From the NCBI GenBank assembly GCA_938034705.1, contig CALHMG010000027.1, positions 41,379 through 105,378 on the forward strand: 64,000 nt of DNA, given 5' to 3'. Source of the stretch: an uncultured Gammaproteobacteria bacterium (lineage in GTDB: Bacteria > Pseudomonadota > Gammaproteobacteria > Arenicellales > CALHMG01). The first letter of the stretch is position 1; each line of letters starts with the position of its first letter. Below the pieces are notes generated by a model. It worked only from the letters and a program-made list of their open reading frames with translations. It was not told the origin of the DNA and ran no database searches. A program made the position numbers and the translations under genes. Positions 29,690-40,481 of the stretch are shown piece after piece.

Positions 29690-32479
29690 TTAAATGTTCT
29701 CGCTGACTGTCAGCAGACGTTTCCAGATATCTCGCACTCGCCGGGCGTGGTCGCTGATTTCGTCGGAAGCTGCGACTGCAGGCAGTTCCATCATCCGCAG
29801 ACGGTTTATTTCGCCCAGGAAAAATTCGAATATGGCGACAAGATCCCGGGTTTCCGAACCGTCCAGCATGCCGATTTCCCCAAGTTTGCGGATCAGCCAA
29901 ACGGTATCGGTGTTCTCGGCAAGTTCGGGGTGGCCGGTGGTGTGCAGCAGAACACCGTACTGGACGATAAATTCGATATCGACCAGAGCGCCTCGTCCCA
30001 GCTTGAGATCCAGCAGCTCGCCATCGCTGGCGTCGTTTGCGCTGATCATTTTTGTGCGCATGCTGGTGATATCCCGAGCGAGTGAATCCCGCTCCCGGGA
30101 AGCGCCAAGAACCGCCTTTCGGATGTCACCAAACTGATTGCCGACGTCAGCATTGCCGCTTACAGGGCGCGCCCGAACCAGAGCCTGGTGTTCGAATGTC
30201 CAGGCATCGGTCGATTGATAGTTGCGAAACGCGTCAAGGGAAGAAACCAGCAGGCCCTTGCTGCCACTCGGTCGCAGCCGTACGTCAACCTCATAGAGCA
30301 GACCGCTTGCCAGTCGTGTAGTCAGCAGGCTGATCATGCGCTGGGCGATTCGTGCGTAGCCTGCTGCGAGTTCATCGTTGTACTCACCCCCGTCGTCGTA
30401 CAGAAAGACGATATCGATGTCAGATGTGTAGCCCATATCGAAACTGCCGAGCTTGCCGTAACCGACGACGCAGAGCCTCGGGTCATCGGCGATGGATTGG
30501 GGAATTCGTGATCGGCACAGTTCGATTGCACATTCTCGTACCTTGTCGATGACGACGTCGGCGATGGTGGTCAGAGTCTGGGTAGTTGCCCGAACAGGCT
30601 GGTCGAGACGCAGAGCCGCTGCGGCTACTCTGAAAACCTGGGAGTGACGATACTCGCGAAGGCGGTGCATGACGGCTTCGGTGTCATCGGCGTCGATGCT
30701 TGCAAGCTCGCGATCGATTTCCGTGTTCAACGTAGGCGCGTTGACGGTCTCTTCGGTGATGGGTGCGAGCAATTCGTCGAGCAGCATTGGATTTGAGCCG
30801 AGCCAGTGGCCCAGCCAGGGGCTTGCGTCGCACAGGGACACCACCTGTTTGAGCGCCACGGGATATTCGATGAGCGCGGAGAAATAGGTTGGTCGACGTC
30901 CAATCTGCTCTAGCAGCTTGATGACTTCGCCAAGACACCGAGACGGTCCGGTTGACTGCGCACATTCGGCAATCAGCAGGGGCATGAGTGTGTCGAGGCG
31001 TTGTCGTCCTTCCGTGGACAGCGACTGAACCATCGCGCCGCTGTGAAACTCCCGGACAAGCCTGGACGTTTCTGCCGGATCGTCGTAGCCGGCCACTTCG
31101 AACTGAGCGGTGAGGTCTTCTTCAAGATCACCCGCTCCCCACGCATTCGTGTTCGCCGATTCGTTTGCATCAATTCTGAACGTCGCTTTGAACTCGGTGT
31201 CGACCCGGGTGCGCAGTTGTTCAAAGTCCTGATCGAATTCCTCGACGGTCCTGTAACCCATCGCGACAGACAGCGTCAGTCTGGGCAGGTGTTCATCGGG
31301 TACGGCATGCGTTTGCTCGTCGGCGACGATCTGCAGACGGTGCTCGACACGTCGCAGAAAACAGTAGTCAGCGTAAAGCTGGGCGCGAACCGCCTCGTCC
31401 ATCTCGCCAAGCTCAGTCATGACCGAGAGCGCACCGACGAGGCGGGTCGTCTGCAGGGCCGGTTCGCGTCCGCCTCTGAGCAGCTGCTGGCTCTGGGCCA
31501 TGAACTCGATCTGCCGGATACCGCCGCGGCCACGCTTGACGTCGTTTTGAATGCCTTTTTTCTCAAGCTCGCCGTCAATCATGGCGTGCATGCTGCGGAT
31601 CGCTTCAAACGCCCCGAAATCGAGATATTTGCGGTAAACGAACGGCCTTATGTTTTCCAGAAACCGTTCGCCGGCTTCGAGGTCACCGGCGATGGGACGT
31701 GCCTTCGTGAGGGCGTAACGTTCCCAGTCTCTTCCGTGGGTCTGATAGTAGTGCTCCATGGCGTCGGTCGAAAAGATAATCGGTCCGGCTTTGCCATGAG
31801 GACGCAGTCGCGTATCAACTCGAAACACAAAACCGTCGGCCGTTTGTTCGCCAAGTACCTTTGTCAATTTCTGGGCGAGGCGCAGTTGCGAACGCGCAGG
31901 TTCGTTTTCTCCTTCAACGGCGAACATGATGTCGATGTCCGAGGAGAAGTTGAGTTCGCCGCCACCCAGCTTGCCCATCCCCAGAACGAAGAAGCCGGTT
32001 GGATCGACATCCATGTGCGTGGCGGTGTGCGTCAGGGCCAGCTGCACGCATGCATCTGCGAAGTGCGACAATGTCGCAATCACCTCGGCGACATCGGCGT
32101 CGCCGGCGAGATCGCGCCAGCCAATGCGAACCCATTCGCGAATGCGCAGTTCCCGAAGCGCGCGCATGAGCGAGGCCTCATTGTCGCAGTCGGCGGTTGC
32201 AACACGTGTGCGCTTGATAATCTCGATGTCGTCAAGCTGCCGTCGAAAATCGTCGCCTTCGATCATGGCGGTCAGCGCGGCCGGGTTCGCCGCACACCAG
32301 CGAGCGATAAACTGACTGGTGGCGAGGATTCGCGCGACATGTTCATTGCCGCTCATCGCGGCCAGTGCGTCAGCCGCATCGGGCCCCGCCTCACGGATGT
32401 CCACCCATGCGGCCACGGCCTTCTCGGCCAGCTCGGGGGGCAGGCTGTTCAGACCGGGAGGTTCAGGGGCGACGGACAT
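29690..32479 (-). CDS. glnE: Glutamine synthetase adenylyltransferase/deadenylylase
   Basis: Two nucleotidyltransferase domains (GMGKLGGGELNFSSDID and GYGKLGSFDMGYTSDID), each with an RLRP motif. Confidence 0.95.
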   Translation of the reverse strand: MSVAPEPPGLNSLPPELAEKAVAAWVDIREAGPDAADALAAMSGNEHVARILATSQFIARWCAANPAALTAMIEGDDFRRQLDDIEIIKRTRVATADCDNEASLMRALRELRIREWVRIGWRDLAGDADVAEVIATLSHFADACVQLALTHTATHMDVDPTGFFVLGMGKLGGGELNFSSDIDIMFAVEGENEPARSQLRLAQKLTKVLGEQTADGFVFRVDTRLRPHGKAGPIIFSTDAMEHYYQTHGRDWERYALTKARPIAGDLEAGERFLENIRPFVYRKYLDFGAFEAIRSMHAMIDGELEKKGIQNDVKRGRGGIRQIEFMAQSQQLLRGGREPALQTTRLVGALSVMTELGEMDEAVRAQLYADYCFLRRVEHRLQIVADEQTHAVPDEHLPRLTLSVAMGYRTVEEFDQDFEQLRTRVDTEFKATFRIDANESANTNAWGAGDLEEDLTAQFEVAGYDDPAETSRLVREFHSGAMVQSLSTEGRQRLDTLMPLLIAECAQSTGPSRCLGEVIKLLEQIGRRPTYFSALIEYPVALKQVVSLCDASPWLGHWLGSNPMLLDELLAPITEETVNAPTLNTEIDRELASIDADDTEAVMHRLREYRHSQVFRVAAAALRLDQPVRATTQTLTTIADVVIDKVRECAIELCRSRIPQSIADDPRLCVVGYGKLGSFDMGYTSDIDIVFLYDDGGEYNDELAAGYARIAQRMISLLTTRLASGLLYEVDVRLRPSGSKGLLVSSLDAFRNYQSTDAWTFEHQALVRARPVSGNADVGNQFGDIRKAVLGASRERDSLARDITSMRTKMISANDASDGELLDLKLGRGALVDIEFIVQYGVLLHTTGHPELAENTDTVWLIRKLGEIGMLDGSETRDLVAIFEFFLGEINRLRMMELPAVAASDEISDHARRVRDIWKRLLTVSENI

Positions 32480-32564
32480 GGCTCAAGTTTGGCACTGAAT
32501 TGACGAGTACCAAAATGCGACTGCCCGGGTGCAGCGTGATCGATCGCAATTGCGGCGATAAGCC

Positions 32565-32597
32565 AAAAAAAACCCGCGGTCGCCCGCGGGTTTTTCT
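32565..32597 (-). terminator. Intrinsic terminator after groL
   Basis: AAAAAAAACCCGCGG-loop-CCGCGGGTTTTT. Confidence 0.85.
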
Positions 32598-32643
32598 GAC
32601 TCTGAGCCAGGTCTTACGAAAAAGACCCGCACAGATGACACGA

Positions 32644-34317
<1,674 letters not shown>

Positions 34318-34364
34318 TCAGATGTTGTGGAGTCGCGGCCGGGGATTCACCCCGGGCAACGCGC

Positions 34365-34652
34365 TTATTCGATGACGCCCATGATGTCGTCTTCACGCAT
34401 CACCAGCAGGTCTTCGCCATCAACTTTGACTTCGGTGCCCGAGTACTTGCCGAAAAGCACGCGGTCGCCTGCTTTGACGTCAAGCGGACGAACGTCGCCT
34501 GTCTCGCTTACCTTGCCGTTACCGGCAGAAACAATCTCACCCTGCATGGGCTTTTCGGCAGCGCTATCCGGGATAACAATGCCGCCCGGGCTGGTGCGTT
34601 CGTCTTCCAGACGACGAACCACAACACGGTCATGAAGTGGACGGATCTTCAT
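34365..34652 (-). CDS. groS: Co-chaperonin GroES
   Basis: [30 protein letters not shown]. Confidence 0.99.
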   Translation of the reverse strand: MKIRPLHDRVVVRRLEDERTSPGGIVIPDSAAEKPMQGEIVSAGNGKVSETGDVRPLDVKAGDRVLFGKYSGTEVKVDGEDLLVMREDDIMGVIE

Positions 34653-34902
34653 CAGTTCTAACTCCTCGAATTATTTTTCGAACCGGAGCGAAGCCAACCG
34701 CCCGGGTCGTTCAGATTGATTCGATTCACACGAAATCAAAGTGAAGACTTTCGGGTCGGTGCGCCGCTTCGGCGGTGGTCAATTAGTTGTTCACTCGACA
34801 GCCGGCGATTGCCGGGTGGTAGGTGCCTGACGCCGTTCAGATCGGGTGCGGCCCGGAGGCCGTCGTCGCCGGCTATCGCCGAAAACTCCCCGGTCAGCGT
34901 TG

Positions 34903-34929
34903 TTAGCACTCACCTCAAGTGAGTGCTAA
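34903..34929. promoter_or_regulatory. CIRCE element (HrcA operator)
   Basis: Perfect TTAGCACTC-N9-GAGTGCTAA. Confidence 0.95.
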
Positions 34930-34956
34930 TAATATGGATCGGTAACGGATTGTCAA
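34929..34956 (-). promoter_or_regulatory. groESL promoter abutting CIRCE
   Basis: Minus strand TTGACA-N16-TATTAT, with an embedded CCATAT (sigma32-like -10). Confidence 0.65.
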
Positions 34957-35020
34957 CAGGGCCGGGGTTTTAGCGGCTGTTGTTAAGAAAGCCGGGCAAT
35001 TTGGCCGCTGCCGGGCTGGT

Positions 35021-35536
35021 CTAGTGCCCGGATTTCGGCGGATCGGGGTCCGCCGGGTCCACGCGCCGGTAGTCCGATTCGAGGGTGCGACCACCTCCGG
35101 TGTCCGATCGGGATTCTCGGGTCGCCCCGGGGCCGCCGTCAAAGCCGCCGCCGGGCGCTACGCCGCCCATCGAGCGCACCACGCCGCGCCTGATCCCGGC
35201 ACGAATCAGCAATCGCCGCAGGGGTGGGATGAGGCACGCAAAACCGATGGCATCGGTCACGAATCCCGGCGTCATCAGCAGCGCGCCGGCGATGAACAGA
35301 AACAGGCCCTCGAACATTTCCACCGCCGGTACGCGTCCTTCGGCCATCTGGCTCTGGGCCCGTGACAGCGTTGACATGCCCTGGGCGCGGATCAGAAAGG
35401 CGCCGAGAACGGCAGTCCCGACAACCGCCGCAATCGTCCACCACGCACCGATGACCTGTCCGACGTTGATCAACGCGAAAATCTCCACCAGCGGGATCAG
35501 GAAAAATGCGATTAACAGCAGGGGGAAGATGCGCAT
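35021..35536 (-). CDS. fxsA: FxsA family membrane protein
   Basis: IPLVEI..VGQVIG, LLMTPGFVTDAIG; conserved position upstream of groES. Confidence 0.92.
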   Translation of the reverse strand: MRIFPLLLIAFFLIPLVEIFALINVGQVIGAWWTIAAVVGTAVLGAFLIRAQGMSTLSRAQSQMAEGRVPAVEMFEGLFLFIAGALLMTPGFVTDAIGFACLIPPLRRLLIRAGIRRGVVRSMGGVAPGGGFDGGPGATRESRSDTGGGRTLESDYRRVDPADPDPPKSGH

Positions 35537-35663
35537 GTTCGAGTGTTGCTCTCAGATGATATCGACGCGGTCAGTATGACGCTGCGGTCCGTTGATTTTT
35601 GCACAAAGTCGCCCGTTTGCCGGACAGCCAGCTTAATCTTTGCAGGAACACTATAATAAGACT

Positions 35664-35810
35664 GTAATCGGCTCGGGGGCGTTGTGAGCCAGTGTGGCCG
35701 GGACTTGACCTCAACTGACAGGAACTGACAAATGGGACCACTGTCCGGGAACCTGTGGTTGGTTCCGGTGGTCTTAAACCCATAGCCGCGCTGACACCTG
35801 CACCCGGGAC
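35664..35810 (+). ncRNA. Probable 6S-like RNA (ends estimated)
   Basis: Perfect TATAAT at 35652-35657. Nested long-range pairing: 35672-35681/35799-35808, CAGTGTGGC 35690-35698/GCCGCGCTG 35785-35793, GACC/GGTC, GGAACTGAC/GTTGGTTCC, around an unpaired central bubble. Motif layout TTGACC..AAC..TGGGA...GGT..AAA..GC.GC..G.CAC recalls 6S RNAs. Confidence 0.6.
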
Positions 35811-35931
35811 AAACTCCGTGTGTGAACAGCTTGTCATGGGGCCGGCGCCTCGCTGATTCAATACCGGCCAGGCAATTCCTCTGGGCTGTCACAGCCGGTA
35901 ACAACTTCGAACATTGAGCACATCCAGGATC

Positions 35932-38430
35932 ATGGTACGTATCTTCAAATCCTCAGCAGTCTCAACCTCCGCGTTGCGTTCTCGCTGGCGTCTCGCCCTG
36001 GTTCGCGCGTTTGTGACGGGTTTGATCAGCATCTCGATCTCACTGGCAACAGTGATGACGACGGGTGGAATAGCCACGGCCCAGGGTCTGCTGTCCGGAT
36101 TGTTAGCGCCTGAAGACAAACCACTGCTCGAGGCTGAAAAGGCCTTCGCCGCCGATGTGACTCCGCAAGCGGACGGCACCGCTGTAGTCAGCTGGGTCAT
36201 TGCCGATGACTACTATATGTATCGTCAGCGTTTTGCCGTCACAAGCGACACCCCTGGCGTCACGATCGGGGCGCTCGACATACCGGCCGGCAAGGTTAAA
36301 TCAGACCCGGCGTTTGGCGATGTTGAGACCTATGAAAAATTCGTCAGTATCAAGGTGCCTCTCGAAGGCGCCGGCGGAAAAAAAGTTGCGCTCAAGCTTG
36401 CCGGTCAGGGCTGTAACGAACCCGTAGGCGTTTGCTACCCGCCGATAACGCACGACGTTGTTCTTGATCTTTCGACCGCGACCGCATCAACGGACGTTCC
36501 CGCGGGCACCCTCAACGTTCAGTCCACGGATACGGTGTCTGCCTCGAACTCGACGGGTCTGATGTCTTCCGGGGATGCATCCAGTGGTGGCGCGTGGGGT
36601 TCATCATCGAATTCGACGCCGATCAATTCGCTTTCCGAGCTCACAACGATTCTGGGCGGCGGCGAGCCGCAGTTTCTTGAAGTCGACGAGGCATTCAAAC
36701 TCAATCTGGTGGCGACCGGACCGGAAGCGCTGCTGGCCGATTTTGTGATTGCCGACGGCTACTATCTGTACCGCAATCAGATGGCGTTCGAAATCGATGC
36801 CGGTGAAGGGGCACTCGGCACGCCGGAGTATCCGACGGGCAAGGAAAAGGAAGACGAGTTTTTCGGCAAGACCGAGGTGTACTACAACAGCGTTGTGGCT
36901 CCCGTGTCCGTTGCGCGGCGCAGCGCCGACGCTCACAACATCACCGTCACCGCGAAGTATCAGGGTTGCGCCGAGGCCGGTATCTGCTATCCGCCGGTGA
37001 CCAAGAAGTTTACGTTGCAACTTCCGCAACTGATCGGTCAGGCGGTTGCCTCCACCACCGATACGAATTCAGGTCTGGCGAAAGACGCCAGGACCGACGC
37101 TGACTCGACACAATCTACGGGCGGGCGCTTTGCTGACAAGGGCTTCTGGGGTCTGCTCGCCGCGGCGTTTGGAATTGGCGTCCTGTTGACGTTCACTCCC
37201 TGCGTGCTGCCGCTGATACCGATTCTCGCCAGTGTGATTGGTGGTCAGGGAGAAAACGTAACGCGTGCCCGTGGTGGCTTACTCGCGGCAATCTACGTTC
37301 TCGGTACCGCGGTGACCTACGCGGCCATCGGCTACGTTGCCGGTGCAACCGGCGAACAGCTGCAGGCGTACTTCCAGAACGCGTGGGCCGTGGGCACGCT
37401 GGTCGTCATTTTTGTCGTGATGTCGCTGTCCATGTTCGGGCTGTTTGAGTTGCAGATGCCGGGATTTGTTCAATCGCGACTTCAGTCGAGTACCCAGGAC
37501 ATCAAAGGCGGCGCGTTTGGTGGCGTGTTCGTGCTTGGTCTGGTTTCGGCGCTGATTGTGGGCGCCTGTGTTTCGCCCCTGCTGATTTCGGCGCTGTCAG
37601 TTGCGATCGCTCGCGGTGATGCGTGGCTTGGCGCGTCAATGATGTTTGCGATGGCCATGGGCATGGGTGTTTTTCTCATCGTCTTTGGATTCGGTGCGGG
37701 TCATCTGATGCCCAAAGCGGGTGCCTGGATGGACCGCGTGAAGCAGGGCTTCGGCGTGGTTCTGCTCGGCGTCGCCATCTACATGCTGAACATCTTCCCC
37801 GAGGTTCCGGTGCTGCTGCTGTGGGCCGCGTTGTTCATCGTGGTTGCCGTTTACCTTGGGGCCACCCAGTCGCTGCCCCAGGGCAGTTCGGGCTGGCGCT
37901 ATCTCGGCAAGGGCGTCGGTACGGTACTGCTGGTATGGGGTATTGCGGCAATGCTTGGCGGGTTTACGGGCAACCGCGATCTGCTTAACCCGCTTCCGGG
38001 ATTCGCCGGCCGGGTCGCAGGCTCCGGATCAGGCGTCGCCCAGGTGGGTGCGACCAAATCTCACGATGAGCTGTTTCAGCGCGTCAACAATGCTGACGAA
38101 CTGGACGCCGCCCTGGCCACCGCGCAAAGCAATGGCAAGATGGTCCTTCTCGACTATTACGCTGACTGGTGTGTTGACTGTAAACGCATGGAAGCTTCGA
38201 CGCTGGTCGATCCAGCCGTGACAAAGATTCTCGACAGTCGATTTACAATGCTTCAGGTTGATGTGACGGATCCCAACGATCCAGCGACCAGCGCGCTGAA
38301 AAAGCGCTACGGTGTGTTTGGTCCACCGGCCATACTGTTTTTTGACACATCAGGCAGGGAGCTCAAGGACAAGCGTCTGTACGGATTCCGAGACGCCAAA
38401 ACGTTTGCCGCGATTCTTGACGGTGTCTGA
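35932..38430 (+). CDS. dsbD: Thiol:disulfide interchange protein DsbD with a duplicated N-terminal domain (start approximate)
   Basis: Two nDsbD domains (QGCNEPVGVCYPP, QGCAEAGICYPP), TM domain FTPCVLP..GACVSP, thioredoxin domain YADWCVDCK. Confidence 0.92.
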   Translation: MVRIFKSSAVSTSALRSRWRLALVRAFVTGLISISISLATVMTTGGIATAQGLLSGLLAPEDKPLLEAEKAFAADVTPQADGTAVVSWVIADDYYMYRQRFAVTSDTPGVTIGALDIPAGKVKSDPAFGDVETYEKFVSIKVPLEGAGGKKVALKLAGQGCNEPVGVCYPPITHDVVLDLSTATASTDVPAGTLNVQSTDTVSASNSTGLMSSGDASSGGAWGSSSNSTPINSLSELTTILGGGEPQFLEVDEAFKLNLVATGPEALLADFVIADGYYLYRNQMAFEIDAGEGALGTPEYPTGKEKEDEFFGKTEVYYNSVVAPVSVARRSADAHNITVTAKYQGCAEAGICYPPVTKKFTLQLPQLIGQAVASTTDTNSGLAKDARTDADSTQSTGGRFADKGFWGLLAAAFGIGVLLTFTPCVLPLIPILASVIGGQGENVTRARGGLLAAIYVLGTAVTYAAIGYVAGATGEQLQAYFQNAWAVGTLVVIFVVMSLSMFGLFELQMPGFVQSRLQSSTQDIKGGAFGGVFVLGLVSALIVGACVSPLLISALSVAIARGDAWLGASMMFAMAMGMGVFLIVFGFGAGHLMPKAGAWMDRVKQGFGVVLLGVAIYMLNIFPEVPVLLLWAALFIVVAVYLGATQSLPQGSSGWRYLGKGVGTVLLVWGIAAMLGGFTGNRDLLNPLPGFAGRVAGSGSGVAQVGATKSHDELFQRVNNADELDAALATAQSNGKMVLLDYYADWCVDCKRMEASTLVDPAVTKILDSRFTMLQVDVTDPNDPATSALKKRYGVFGPPAILFFDTSGRELKDKRLYGFRDAKTFAAILDGV

Positions 38431-38637
38431 CGGGCAACCACCGGTTGCCGCGTGCCCGAAAAAGTTTTCCGGAACTTTAAAGGCGTCCACAACCTCGCAA
38501 AACCCACCCACAACAAGTTGACGCCGGGGTGGTAAAAAGGGATTGTCCCGAATGAAGCGAAACCGTTTCGCCACCTGCGCGATCGACGTAAACTTCCGAA
38601 GGTTGTTCTCTTCTTTTTTTGCCATCGCGAATTCTTC

Positions 38638-39198
38638 ATGCCTTTGACTCGATCGACACAGCTGATCATTCTCGTCGTCGCCGGTATCGGTGCGCTTGCC
38701 ACCGGCATACAGCTGTCGCGATCGATGCACGATGATCGGGTGGGTGCGGCACCACGCCCCGTCGCGGCAGTGCCCTCCAGTTTCGCCCCCCTGACCTTGC
38801 CCGACGTGAACGGCGTAAGCGTTGATTCAAGCGAATGGGCCGGCCAGACGCTGCTCATCAACTTCTGGGCGTCATGGTGTGCGCCGTGTCGCGAAGAAAT
38901 TCCGGTCTTCGCCAGAATCGGTGCACAGTTTCAGGACCGAGGCCTGAAGGTGATCGGAATTGCACTGGATGATGCGCAGACGGCTCGTCGACTCGGCGAT
39001 GAAATAGGCCTCGACTACCTGTCGCTGGTGGCGGAGCGAGATGCCGGGTACAGCCTGCTCGAGCAGTACAACCCGGGCGGCGCGCTGCCCTTTTCCCTGC
39101 TGGTCACGCCTGACGGCAAAATCATCGATCACAAGCTCGGTATCTGGCACGCGCAACCGCTGACCCAGGCCGTTGAGGCAGCCCTTCAAACGCAGTAG
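38638..39198 (+). CDS. TlpA-family thiol-disulfide oxidoreductase
   Basis: N-terminal anchor, LINFWASWCAPCREEIP, cis-Pro GALPF. Confidence 0.9.
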   Translation: MPLTRSTQLIILVVAGIGALATGIQLSRSMHDDRVGAAPRPVAAVPSSFAPLTLPDVNGVSVDSSEWAGQTLLINFWASWCAPCREEIPVFARIGAQFQDRGLKVIGIALDDAQTARRLGDEIGLDYLSLVAERDAGYSLLEQYNPGGALPFSLLVTPDGKIIDHKLGIWHAQPLTQAVEAALQTQ

Positions 39199-39487
39199 CC
39201 ATCGCGCATCGACGGGTCGGTCGGTTCGGTTAATGGTCTGTGGCGTTGTCTAAATCGCCAATCATGAGTTTATCTTCGGCGAACTGGACAATATCGTTGC
39301 GCTAACACACACTCGCGCCCGGAGATTGCGCCAGCTCGGAGCCGTTGTGTACGGCTGACTGCCGGGTAGCGCCCTGGGCCGGTGTTTCGCCCCGGATCCT
39401 CCACGATGACGGGCTCGGGTCACTCCGGTCAGTCAAGATCTCATACAACTATCGAAACCCCGGCACACGGACACCGCGGACTGAATC

Positions 39488-39928
39488 ATGGCAAAGCTGC
39501 TTCTCCTTAATGGCCCCAACCTGAATCTGCTGGGAACCCGCGAACCCGGTATCTACGGGGCGACCACCCTCCCCCAGATTGAGGCTCGATTTGCCGAGCT
39601 GGCAGCGGCCCGGGGTCATACGAGTAGCGCGCTGCAGAGCAATCGCGAGTACGAGATCGTAGAGGCGATTCATCAAGCCGCCCGTGACGGCGTCGATTTC
39701 ATCGTCATCAACCCTGCGGCGTTCACCCACACGAGCGTGGCGATTCGTGATGCCTTTTCGGGAACGGGGATACCGTTCATTGAAGTGCACATATCAAACG
39801 TTCACGCGCGTGAGCCGTTTCGCCATCACTCCTATCTGTCGGATATTGCCCGGGGGACGATTGTCGGTCTTGGCACCCAGGGTTATGAACTCGCTCTGGA
39901 CGCGCTGTCAGATATCCTTGGCGGCTGA
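39488..39928 (+). CDS. aroQ: Type II 3-dehydroquinate dehydratase
   Basis: [39 protein letters not shown]. Confidence 0.97.
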   Translation: MAKLLLLNGPNLNLLGTREPGIYGATTLPQIEARFAELAAARGHTSSALQSNREYEIVEAIHQAARDGVDFIVINPAAFTHTSVAIRDAFSGTGIPFIEVHISNVHAREPFRHHSYLSDIARGTIVGLGTQGYELALDALSDILGG

Positions 39929-39998
39929 CGCCGGGAGTGCGTGGCCACGCAACTGCAACTGAATTCTCAAAGACACAGAGACTTAAGACATCAAGAAA

Positions 39999-40454
39999 AT
40001 GGATCTTCGAAAAATCAAAAAGCTGATCGAACTCCTTGAGGAGTCCGATCTGGCCGAGATGGAAATTCGCGAAGGCGAAGAGTCAATCAGACTCTCACGC
40101 TCAACCAGCGTTGTTCAGGCGCCAGCCTATGCCCAGCCCATGCCAATGGCCGCAGCGCCCGCTCCCGCGCCGGTAGCCGCGGCTCCTGCTGTGGCCGAGC
40201 CGGCCGCGGATGAGCCAACGGGCCACACCATCACGTCACCGATGGTAGGGACGTTCTATGCGTCTCCGGATCCGGAGTCGCCAGCGTTCGCAAGCGTTGG
40301 ATCAAACGTTAAAACAGGCGACACCCTGTGCATCATCGAAGCGATGAAAACCTTTAATCCAATCGAAGCTGATCGTGCCGGAGTAGTTAAAGCCGTACAT
40401 AAACAGAACGGGGACCCCGTCGAGTTCGGCGAAGTGCTCTTTGTTATTGAATAA
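39999..40454 (+). CDS. accB: Acetyl-CoA carboxylase biotin carboxyl carrier protein
   Basis: MDLRKIKKLIEL, SPMVGTFY, IIEAMK. Confidence 0.97.
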   Translation: MDLRKIKKLIELLEESDLAEMEIREGEESIRLSRSTSVVQAPAYAQPMPMAAAPAPAPVAAAPAVAEPAADEPTGHTITSPMVGTFYASPDPESPAFASVGSNVKTGDTLCIIEAMKTFNPIEADRAGVVKAVHKQNGDPVEFGEVLFVIE

Positions 40455-40481
40455 CGACGAATTAAAGGCAGTTCCACGATC

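Noticed and set aside
31001-32503. 500-aa plus-strand ORF antisense to glnE, and similar long antisense ORFs over ntrB, nudC, rhlB, groL and purH
   Set aside because: Shadow frames expected from GC-rich codon bias; no recognisable motifs; fully overlap well-supported genes.
34788-34815. Possible second CIRCE in the groES leader (TTCACTC..GATTGCC)
   Set aside because: The spacer is 10 rather than 9 nt and both arms have several mismatches.
35512-35904. Minus-strand ORFs (130 and 96 aa) in the fxsA-dsbD spacer, or a cutA remnant
   Set aside because: No CutA motifs, non-ATG starts and atypical composition; the structured RNA explains the region better.
38558-38572. Palindrome GCGAAACCGTTTCGC upstream of tlpA as a LacI-type operator
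   Set aside because: Odd-centred and does not fit the even CG-centred LacI consensus; no cognate regulator nearby.
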